A stretch of 64,000 nt of DNA from Gemmatimonadota bacterium (lineage in GTDB: Bacteria; Gemmatimonadota; Gemmatimonadetes; Gemmatimonadales; Gemmatimonadaceae). The translations under genes were made by a program, and so were the position numbers. This document shows positions 57,242 through 64,000 of the stretch, one piece after another. Each line of letters opens with the position of its first letter. Within the stretch, counting starts at the first letter, position 1. The notes beneath the pieces are model-generated. The model searched no databases. It was not told the origin of the DNA and saw only the letters and a program-made list of their open reading frames with translations. The DNA lies in the NCBI GenBank assembly GCA_021298395.1, contig JAJTFH010000003.1, positions 16,138 to 80,137 of the forward strand, written 5' to 3'.

Positions 57242-57324
57242 CACAGTCTGACCCTCGGGGGAGGGTCGGTGGCGTCGACGCGGCGTCGTCCGAAGATGGG
57301 CGACGTGGGTGTCCACGTGCATCG

Positions 57325-57351
57325 AGGCTCCTCCGGTATCCGGTGGAGCCT
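57325..57351 (+). promoter_or_regulatory. RBS-sequestering hairpin (probable expression platform of the B12 riboswitch)
   Basis: AGGCTCC-T-CCGG-tat-CCGG-T-GGAGCCT forms 7+4 bp with a symmetric T/T mismatch. The 3' arm contains GGAG, 6-9 nt upstream of GTG 57357. Confidence 0.5.
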
Positions 57352-57356
57352 TTCTC

Positions 57357-58289
57357 GTGCCTGATCTTCGTGCGTCCCTGATCCGGTCCCCGCGGTCGAT
57401 CGTCTGTGTGGCGATCGTCGTCAGCGGTCTCGCCGCGTGTGAGGGCCCGCCGCGAAGTGTGCGCGAGGCGGGGGGATCGGTCGTGGTCGACGATTTCGGT
57501 GACAGCGTCTCGGTACGCCCAGCGGCCCAGCGGGTCGTCTCGCTCAATCCCGTCACCACCGAGCTGCTGTTCGCGATGGGGGCGGGGCCGCGCCTCGTCG
57601 GACGGAGCAGATGGGATGGGTGGCCCCTCGCGGCGCTCGAGGTCCCAGAGGTCGGTGATGCGATGCCGCCGAACGTCGAGGCGATCCTCGCACGGCGGCC
57701 TGACCTGGTGGTGCTCTATGCGAGTCCGTCCAATCGCACGGCGGCGACGCGGTTGCAGGAGGCTGGCGTGCGCACGCTGGCCGTGCGCACCGATGCCGTG
57801 CGCGATCTCCGACGGATCGCGACCGCCCTCGGTGCGCTGCTCGGTGATTCGCTCGCGGCCTCGGCCACCGTCGACTCCACCCTGCGCGCGGTCGATTCGG
57901 TGCGCGCCCTCGCTGCCGCGGGCGATCGCCGTCCCTCCGTGGCCTGGATCGTCTGGGACGATCCGCTCATCGTGATCGGCGGGGGGAGCTATCGCTCCGA
58001 ACTCCTCGCGGTCGCCGGGGCGGTGAACGCCTTTGCTGACCTGTCGGCGCCGTCGCCGCAGCTCTCGATCGAGGAGCTCGTGCGCCGCGATCCCGATGTC
58101 CTGATCGTCGGCACGCGCATGGCGGAGCGATTCGCGACCGACGCGCGGTGGGGGCAGCTCCGCGCGGTCCGCGAGCGGCGCCTGATCCTCCCCGACACCG
58201 GGATCGTCGGACGCCCGGGGGTGCGCATGGGTGAGGCGGCGCGCCATCTCCGCGAGCTGCTACGCCCCATCGCCCCCGTGGCGCCCTGA
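57357..58289 (+). CDS. ABC transporter periplasmic substrate-binding lipoprotein, BtuF/FhuD class (cobalamin/siderophore type)
   Basis: Preferred start is GTG 57357, preceded by GGAG; ORF 57309 is a possible longer form. It has a lipobox (VVSGLAAC) and cluster-A binding-protein segments VVSLNPVTTELLFAMG and PDLVVLY. The B12 riboswitch lies upstream. Confidence 0.8.
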   Translation: MPDLRASLIRSPRSIVCVAIVVSGLAACEGPPRSVREAGGSVVVDDFGDSVSVRPAAQRVVSLNPVTTELLFAMGAGPRLVGRSRWDGWPLAALEVPEVGDAMPPNVEAILARRPDLVVLYASPSNRTAATRLQEAGVRTLAVRTDAVRDLRRIATALGALLGDSLAASATVDSTLRAVDSVRALAAAGDRRPSVAWIVWDDPLIVIGGGSYRSELLAVAGAVNAFADLSAPSPQLSIEELVRRDPDVLIVGTRMAERFATDARWGQLRAVRERRLILPDTGIVGRPGVRMGEAARHLRELLRPIAPVAP

Positions 58290-59266
58290 TGTCGGTCGCG
58301 CGCTGGATCGCCCTCCTCCTCACGATCCTCGCGGTCGGGACCCTCGCCCTCGCGTTTGGCGCGGTCGCGCTCTCGCCGACGGAGGTCTGGCAGGCGGTGA
58401 TCGGTCGCGGTGATCCGACCACGGAGACGATCGTGCGGACCATCCGCTTGCCGCGGATCCTCCTCGGTCTCTTGGTGGGCGCGGGGCTCGCCGGGAGCGG
58501 CACGGCGCTGCAGGCCGCGCTCCGGAATCCGTTAGCGGAGCCCTATCTCCTCGGTGTCTCTGGCGGCGCGGCCCTCGGTGCGGTGCTCGCCGTCGCGTTC
58601 GGCGGTGAGGGCGCGATGATCCCGATCGCGGCCTTCGTCGGCGCGTTGCTGGCGGTGCAACTCGTGCTCATGGTCGCGCGCGCCGCCGGCGGCCGCACCG
58701 ACCCGCGCATCCTCCTCATGTCGGGGGTCGTGGTCGGGGCCTTCTGCACCGCGGCGATCATGGTCGCCCTGGTCCGCACCCCCGAAGGGGCGGTGCGCGG
58801 GGCCCTCTGGTGGATGATGGGTTCGCTCGGCGATGCCCAGTGGTCGGTGGTGCTGACCACCGCGGTGAGCGTCGGTGGGGGACTCGCGGCCCTGCTCTGG
58901 CGTGGCCGTGACCTCGATGTGCTCGCGCTGGGGGAGGAGCCGGCGGCGGCGCTGGGGCTCGATCTCGATCGGACGACGCGCTTCGTCTTCATCACCGCCT
59001 CCTTCCTCGCGGCGGCGACCGTCGCGGCGGTCGGCTTGGTCGGCTTCGTCGGGCTGATGGTCCCCGCGATCGCTCGAGCGCTCGGCGCGCGGAAGACCCG
59101 CGGGACGATCGTCGTGGCGGTGGTAGCCGGCGGGGTGCTGGTGGTCCTCGCCGATCTCGTCGCGCGCACGGTGATGCGACCCGCCGAGCTCCCGCTGGGC
59201 GCGGTCACCGCGCTGATCGGCGTGCCATTCTTCCTCTGGCGACTCCGCCGGACGGTGGCACGATGA
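58289..59266 (+). CDS. FecCD-family ABC permease (BtuC-like)
   Basis: 325 aa polytopic protein. Segments are RLPRILLGLLVGAGLAGSG and LPLGAVTALIGVPFFLW. 1-nt overlap with the upstream stop. Confidence 0.88.
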   Translation: MSVARWIALLLTILAVGTLALAFGAVALSPTEVWQAVIGRGDPTTETIVRTIRLPRILLGLLVGAGLAGSGTALQAALRNPLAEPYLLGVSGGAALGAVLAVAFGGEGAMIPIAAFVGALLAVQLVLMVARAAGGRTDPRILLMSGVVVGAFCTAAIMVALVRTPEGAVRGALWWMMGSLGDAQWSVVLTTAVSVGGGLAALLWRGRDLDVLALGEEPAAALGLDLDRTTRFVFITASFLAAATVAAVGLVGFVGLMVPAIARALGARKTRGTIVVAVVAGGVLVVLADLVARTVMRPAELPLGAVTALIGVPFFLWRLRRTVAR

Positions 59267-60051
59267 TCCGCGTCGAGTCGCTCGTCGTGCGGTATCCGGG
59301 GATGCGAGCGGCCGCGCTCGATGGGATCTCCTTCGATGCGCTGCCGGGACGGATCACCGCGGTGGTGGGTCCCAACGGCTCAGGGAAGAGCACCTTCGTC
59401 CGTGCGCTCGTGCGCCGCGTCACCCCGACGAGTGGACGGATCGTCGTCGATGGTACGTCAGTGGAGGCGATGAGCCCCCGCGAGATGGCGCGATTGGTGA
59501 GTGTCGTCCCGCAGCGGGAGGAGCCGGTCTTCCCGATGCGGGTCCGGGATCTCGTCGCCTTGGGTCGCTACCCACATGGCGGCGCCTTCTCGGCCCCGAC
59601 GGCGGAGGATCGCGAGGCGGTGGCTCAGGCGATCGTGCGGGCGGACATCGCCCCCCTGGTCGATCGGAGCACCGATACGCTGTCCGGTGGCGAGTGGCAG
59701 CGGGTGCGCATCGCGCGGGCGCTCGCCCAGGGAGGGCGCGCGATCGTGCTCGACGAACCGACCACCTATCTCGACATCGCGCATGAGATGGCGGTCTTCG
59801 AGCGCTGTGATGCGCTCGCGCGGCAGGGGCTCTGCGTGATCCTCGTCAGTCATCAGTTGAACCTGGTCGCGCGCTTCGCGGACCAGATCGTGCTGTTGCA
59901 TCAGGGGCGTGTCGCCGCGGAGGGCTCACCCAATGAGGTGATGCGCGGCGATGTGCTCGAACGCGTCTACGAGTGGCCCCTCATCGTCTCCCGTGATCCA
60001 GCGGTCGGGGCGCCCGTCCTTCTCCCCCTTCGTCACCGAGGTTCGAGGTAG
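59263..60051 (+). CDS. ABC transporter ATP-binding protein (BtuD/FepC-like)
   Basis: 262 aa. Walker A is GPNGSGKST, the signature is LSGGEWQR and Walker B is IVLDEPT. Confidence 0.9.
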   Translation: MIRVESLVVRYPGMRAAALDGISFDALPGRITAVVGPNGSGKSTFVRALVRRVTPTSGRIVVDGTSVEAMSPREMARLVSVVPQREEPVFPMRVRDLVALGRYPHGGAFSAPTAEDREAVAQAIVRADIAPLVDRSTDTLSGGEWQRVRIARALAQGGRAIVLDEPTTYLDIAHEMAVFERCDALARQGLCVILVSHQLNLVARFADQIVLLHQGRVAAEGSPNEVMRGDVLERVYEWPLIVSRDPAVGAPVLLPLRHRGSR

Positions 60052-61998
60052 ATGTCGTCACTGCTCCGATTCGCTATCGTCACCGTTGGCGTGCTTCCTC
60101 AGCTGGTCCTCGCGCAGTCCCGGCGCGCCCCGGCTACCCTTCCGCCCGAGGTCGTGACCGCCACCCGTGTCCCCGGGGTGAGCTACGCCCCGACCGCGAC
60201 GGCGACGACGCTCGATGCGGCGGCGCTCCGTGCGGAGGGGATCACGCATCTCGCCGATGCGTTGCGTCGGGTCCCTGGCGTGGCGATCGCAAGGTCCTCG
60301 TCGGTGGGATCCCAGGTCGCGCTCTTCGTACGCGGCGGACAGTCGAACTATGTGCGTGTCCTCGTCGACGGGGTCCCACTCAATGAGCCTGGGGGCGTGC
60401 TCGACCTTGGGCGCATCACCCTCGATGACATCGAGCGAATCGAGGTCGTCCGTGGTCCGGCGAGCGTCCTGTATGGATCGGAAGCGGTCTCCGGTGTGAT
60501 CCAGCTCTTCACCCGCCGCGGGGGCACGACGACCAAGACCCGTGCTGAGGTCGGCGGGGGGAACATCGGGACGCAACGCCTCTCGCTCGGCGGCGAGGGG
60601 ACGATCGCCGGCCTTCGCGCCACGGTGCAGGGCGATCATCATGGCAGCACCGGCATCCTCCCCTTCAACAACGCCTATCGCAACACCGGTGTCGTGTCCG
60701 GGCTCACCTACACGGGGGCGCGCAGCGATCTCCGGATCACCGGTCGCTACAACAGCTCGCTCTACCAGTATCCCACCGGTTCCTCCGGCGCGATCGAGGA
60801 TCGCAACGCCGAGCGCGTGGACCACCGGCTGCTGGTGGGGCTCGATGGCGGCCGTCGGTGGAGCGATCGGTTCGAGACGCGGCTCCAGCTCTCGAGCGCG
60901 GAGGGGCATCCGCGCACGAACGACGGCCCTGATGCTGCCGACGACACCCTGGGATTCTTCGGCTACTTCACGCGGGGGACGGTCGTGCGCCGGCTCGCCG
61001 ATCTCCGCGGGATCTACCGGCTGCGCCCGAATCACACCCTGACCGTGGGCGGCGAGTTCTCGCGCGAGACGGAGCGCAGTCAGTCGGTGAGCCTGAGCGA
61101 GTACGGCGACTATCCGGGTGCGTTCCGTGCGGCGCGGGAGACGCGCGCCATGTATGCGCAGGGTCTGGGAGAGCAGGGACGCTTCGCCTATAGCCTCGGC
61201 GCGCGCCTCGATGACAACAGTGCCTTCGGCACCTTCCGGACGGTCCGTGCCGGTACCTCATGGCGCCTGACCGAGCGCGTGCGGCTCCGCGCCTCGGCCG
61301 GCTCCGCCTTCAAGGCGCCGAGCTTCTTCGAGAACTTCGCGGAGGGGTTCACGGTGGGGAACGCGGCGTTGCGGCCGGAGCGGACCGAGTCGGCGGAGTT
61401 CGGGGTGGAGTGGGCGGGCACGACGGGCTCCTTCGCGCGGGCCACCGGCTTCACGCAGCACTTCCAGGATCTGATCCAGTACACCGGGCGTCCCCCGCGC
61501 GAGGGTGGGCCGAATTACTACAACATCGCCGCCGCGAACGCCGGCGGTGTGGAACTCGAAGGGGCGCTCCCCGAGGTCGCGCGCACCCGGGTGTCGGCGG
61601 CCTACACCTGGACCGATACGCGCGTGACCGACGCCGGCTTCGATGTGGGGACGGGGGCGAACTTCGTCACCGGGGGCCGGTTGATCCGGCGCCCCGAGCA
61701 TCTCGCGACGCTGACGCTCGTGCATCGCCTCATGGAGCGGGGCTCGGTCTCCGCCGTGGTGACGCACACCGGGATGCGTGAGGATCGTGACTTCTCGGGG
61801 TGGCCCGCGACGCCGGTGGAGCTCCCCCCCTTCACGACCCTCGACCTGAGCACCGAGCTCCCGCTCCCCTCGCTCGCGGGGGCCGCCTCGCGCCTCCAGG
61901 TGCGCGTCGACAACGCCACCGATGTGCGCTACACCCAGATCCAGGGGTTCGCCTCGCCCGGTCGCATCTGGTATCTGGGGCTTAAGTTGGAGCGGTGA
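60052..61998 (+). CDS. TonB-dependent outer-membrane receptor (BtuB-like by context)
   Basis: 648 aa. It has a signal peptide, a plug domain (EVVTATR, VPGVAIARSS, LFVRGGQSNYVRVLVDGVPLNEPGG, IERIEVVRGPASVLYGSEA) and then a barrel. The ATG directly abuts the ATPase stop. Confidence 0.9.
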   Translation: MSSLLRFAIVTVGVLPQLVLAQSRRAPATLPPEVVTATRVPGVSYAPTATATTLDAAALRAEGITHLADALRRVPGVAIARSSSVGSQVALFVRGGQSNYVRVLVDGVPLNEPGGVLDLGRITLDDIERIEVVRGPASVLYGSEAVSGVIQLFTRRGGTTTKTRAEVGGGNIGTQRLSLGGEGTIAGLRATVQGDHHGSTGILPFNNAYRNTGVVSGLTYTGARSDLRITGRYNSSLYQYPTGSSGAIEDRNAERVDHRLLVGLDGGRRWSDRFETRLQLSSAEGHPRTNDGPDAADDTLGFFGYFTRGTVVRRLADLRGIYRLRPNHTLTVGGEFSRETERSQSVSLSEYGDYPGAFRAARETRAMYAQGLGEQGRFAYSLGARLDDNSAFGTFRTVRAGTSWRLTERVRLRASAGSAFKAPSFFENFAEGFTVGNAALRPERTESAEFGVEWAGTTGSFARATGFTQHFQDLIQYTGRPPREGGPNYYNIAAANAGGVELEGALPEVARTRVSAAYTWTDTRVTDAGFDVGTGANFVTGGRLIRRPEHLATLTLVHRLMERGSVSAVVTHTGMREDRDFSGWPATPVELPPFTTLDLSTELPLPSLAGAASRLQVRVDNATDVRYTQIQGFASPGRIWYLGLKLER

Positions 61999-62756
61999 TC
62001 CGCACCGACGCCATCGTCCTCCACGCCTTCGATTATCGCGAGACCTCCCGCATCGTCCGCCTGGCGACGCGGGAGGCGGGGGTGGTGAGCGTCATCGCGC
62101 GCGGGGCGAAGCGGACCGGTGGCAAGTTCGGGCAGGGGATGGACCTCTTCACGAGCGGGGCGGCACAGATCGTCCTGCATCCCACCCGCGACCTGCATAC
62201 GCTCGGCAGCTTCGACGCGACGCGGGCGCGCCCCGGACTCGCGGCCTCGCTGGCGCGCTTCGGTGCGGCGGCGGCGCTCAGTGAGCTGGGGATGCGCTGC
62301 GCACCGGAGGATGGGGGCGGGGCGATCCACGACGTGCTCGTCGCGGGGTTCGATGCGGTGAGTGTCGCGGAGGCCCATGAGGTGATCCCGCGCACCGTGA
62401 CCGCCGCCTGGCATCTCGCCGAGGCGCTCGGCTTCGCTCCGACCCTCGAGCACTGTGCGGCCTGTCATGAGGCGCTCGACACAGAGGAATCGGTCCGCTT
62501 CGCGCCGCGCGCGGGCGGCGCGCTCTGTGCGCGCTGCGCGGCGTTGGCGCCCGGCGCGCGCGCCCTCCCTGCCGATGCGCGTGCGATGTTGCTGGCATGG
62601 GCGGCGGGGGAGGAGGGGATCCCCGCGGATGCCAAGGTCGCCCGCGCGCATCAGCGCCTCGTGCGCGAGTTCCTCGAGGAGCATCTCGCCGATGGCAAGC
62701 CGCTCCGCGCCTGGCGTGACTGGGAGATGAACGGCGGTCACGCCGAGTCCCGATGA
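61995..62756 (+). CDS. recO: DNA repair protein RecO
   Basis: 253 aa. The N-terminal OB segment is DAIVLHAFDYRETSRIVRLAT and the zinc-finger-like segment is CAACHEAL...CARC. GTGA overlap with the receptor stop. Confidence 0.88.
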   Translation: MIRTDAIVLHAFDYRETSRIVRLATREAGVVSVIARGAKRTGGKFGQGMDLFTSGAAQIVLHPTRDLHTLGSFDATRARPGLAASLARFGAAAALSELGMRCAPEDGGGAIHDVLVAGFDAVSVAEAHEVIPRTVTAAWHLAEALGFAPTLEHCAACHEALDTEESVRFAPRAGGALCARCAALAPGARALPADARAMLLAWAAGEEGIPADAKVARAHQRLVREFLEEHLADGKPLRAWRDWEMNGGHAESR

Positions 62757-64000
62757 TCATCGGGACGGCGGGGCACATCGATCATGGGAAGACGGCGCTC
62801 GTGCGTGCGCTCACCGGGGTCGAGACCGACCGGCTCCCGGAGGAGCAGCGGCGCGGTATCACGATCGCGTTGGGCTTCGCGCCCTTGGTGCTCGAAGGGG
62901 TGGGGACCGTCGGCATGGTCGATGTCCCGGGCCATGAGGGATTCGTCCGCACGATGCTCGCCGGGGCGAGCGGGATCGACCTCGCGCTCTTGGTGATCGA
63001 TGCCGCCGAGGGGGTGCGCCCGCAGACGCGTGAGCATCTCGCGATCCTCTCGCTCCTCGGGATCCGCGGCGGTGTCGTCGCTTTGACGAAGGCCGATCTG
63101 GTCGACGAGGACCTTCGGGCCATCGCGATCGACGAGGTGCGAGGGGCGCTCGCGGGGTCGGTACTCGAGGGCGCTCCCGTACTCCCGGTCTCTGCGCTCA
63201 CTGGCGAGGGGCTCGATGTGCTACGCGCGGCGCTGGCAGCGGCCTGTACGGCGGTGCCCGCACGTGGGGGCGAGGATCCCTGGCGGCTGCCGATCGACCG
63301 CGTCTTCTCGGTGGCGGGAGCGGGGACCGTGGTGACGGGCACGGGGTGGAGTGGGGTGCTGCGTCGTGAGGTCGCCGTGCGCATCCTTCCCGGCGATCGC
63401 GCGGCGCGCGTGCGCGGACTCGAGTCCCACGGCGCCAGGGTCGACGAGATCCAGGCGGGGCATCGCGTCGCGGTCGCGCTCGCTGGGATCGATCGCGAGG
63501 AGGTCCCAGTGGGGGCGACGCTCGTTCGCGCGGATGAGCCCTGGGAGACCACGCAGGTGCTGCGCGCCGATCTTATCCTCCTGTCCGATGCACAGCGACT
63601 CGGTCCACGCACGCGGGTGCGATTCCATCTTGGCACCCAGGAATGCGGCGCGCGGGTGATCGCCGCTGGGGGAGAGGTGATCGCTGGCTCCACACGCGCC
63701 GTGCGCCTCGTGCTCGATGCGCCCGTGCTCGCGCGCGGAGGTGATCGCTTCGTGCTACGTGGGGGCTCACCGTTCGGGACGATCGGCGGTGGGGCGGTGA
63801 CCGATGCCATCCCGCTCTCGCGCCGTGCCCGCCCTTGGCCAGCACCGGACGCGACGCCCGCGATGCGACTCGGGTGGATGCTCGATGAATCAGGCGCCGC
63901 GGGGCTCGATCTCACGATCGTCCCGCTGCGGCTTGGTGTTCGCCCCGTCCAGGTCGAACGGCTCGTGAAGGAACTCGCGAAGGTCACGCGGGTCGGAGAT
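62753..64000 (+). CDS. selB: Selenocysteine-specific translation elongation factor SelB, N-terminal 416 aa (3' end outside window)
   Basis: It is absent from the ORF track because it has no stop in the window. My own translation from ATG 62753 (ATGA overlap with recO) is open to 64000. It reads MIIGTAGHIDHGKTALVRALTGVETDRLPEEQRRGITIALGFA, then DVPGHE, TKAD and WRLPIDRVFSVAGAGTVVTGT. Confidence 0.88.
   Translation, partial: MIIGTAGHIDHGKTALVRALTGVETDRLPEEQRRGITIALGFAPLVLEGVGTVGMVDVPGHEGFVRTMLAGASGIDLALLVIDAAEGVRPQTREHLAILSLLGIRGGVVALTKADLVDEDLRAIAIDEVRGALAGSVLEGAPVLPVSALTGEGLDVLRAALAAACTAVPARGGEDPWRLPIDRVFSVAGAGTVVTGTGWSGVLRREVAVRILPGDRAARVRGLESHGARVDEIQAGHRVAVALAGIDREEVPVGATLVRADEPWETTQVLRADLILLSDAQRLGPRTRVRFHLGTQECGARVIAAGGEVIAGSTRAVRLVLDAPVLARGGDRFVLRGGSPFGTIGGGAVTDAIPLSRRARPWPAPDATPAMRLGWMLDESGAAGLDLTIVPLRLGVRPVQVERLVKELAKVTRVGD

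Noticed and set aside
62782-63987. A 401-aa minus-strand ORF, the only ORF the track lists in this interval.
   Set aside because: The + strand frame starting at 62753 encodes an unmistakable SelB (GHIDHGKT, DVPGHE, TKAD). It is missing from the track only because it has no stop inside the window. The antisense ORF is Ser/Pro/Arg/Ala low complexity.
1-64000. A search for CRISPR arrays, tRNA/rRNA genes, IS elements, integrases, phage genes, toxin-antitoxin pairs and known defence genes.
   Set aside because: None were seen. The only non-coding gaps over 100 nt are the ftsA-ftsZ spacer (118 nt, no tRNA-like features) and the B12 riboswitch leader. I noticed no repeated spacers or terminal inverted repeats by eye. 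This was a manual scan and is not exhaustive.

Overview
This is a very GC-rich (about 70% by eye, not computed), gene-dense stretch of bacterial chromosomal core. TonB-dependent receptor and beta-barrel genes point to a diderm. The phylum is not determinable from the sequence alone. I call about 57 protein genes. All are on the + strand except mazG. About 30 gene junctions are 4-nt (ATGA/GTGA) or 1-nt stop/start overlaps that I checked by eye.

Gene content in order:
- dcw division/cell-wall cluster: rsmH, ftsL-like, ftsI, murE, murF, mraY, murD, ftsW, murG, murC, ftsQ, ftsA, ftsZ. It is followed by an M23 peptidase and a 540-aa membrane protein.
- ftsY, a disrupted recG, and asnS.
- Deoxynucleoside catabolism set: deoC, a two-module aldehyde dehydrogenase (disrupted at its 5' end), mazG (- strand), alr, deoB, cdd.
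- A lipoprotein, a PorV-like beta-barrel and a sensor-less REC-histidine kinase.
- miaB, comEC, fbp, the catalytic chain of a split methylmalonyl-CoA mutase, an FmdB zinc-ribbon gene, argS, a PfkB kinase, purM and a secreted beta-rich protein.
- An essentially gapless chain: ribD, ribE, ribBA, ribH, nusB, GT4 glycosyltransferase, hprK, EIIA/B/C/D (mannose family), ptsH, ptsI.
- metK plus a coupled envelope protein.
- A cobalamin riboswitch controlling BtuF/C/D-like ABC genes and a TonB-dependent receptor, chained to recO and selB (3' end outside the window).

I saw no rRNA, tRNA, CRISPR, IS, integrase, phage or recognisable defence genes. I do not find a convincing new system here, and the region reads as ordinary core genome. 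The leads most worth a second look are:
- Two independent out-of-frame internal deletions, in recG and in the deoC-coupled ALDH, 3.4 kb apart.
- The two-module ALDH coupled to DERA.
- The uncharacterised lipoprotein/barrel/REC-HK trio.
- The PASTA-bearing FtsI.
- The rib-nusB-GT4-hprK-PTS chain.
- recO-selB sitting behind a B12 riboswitch.
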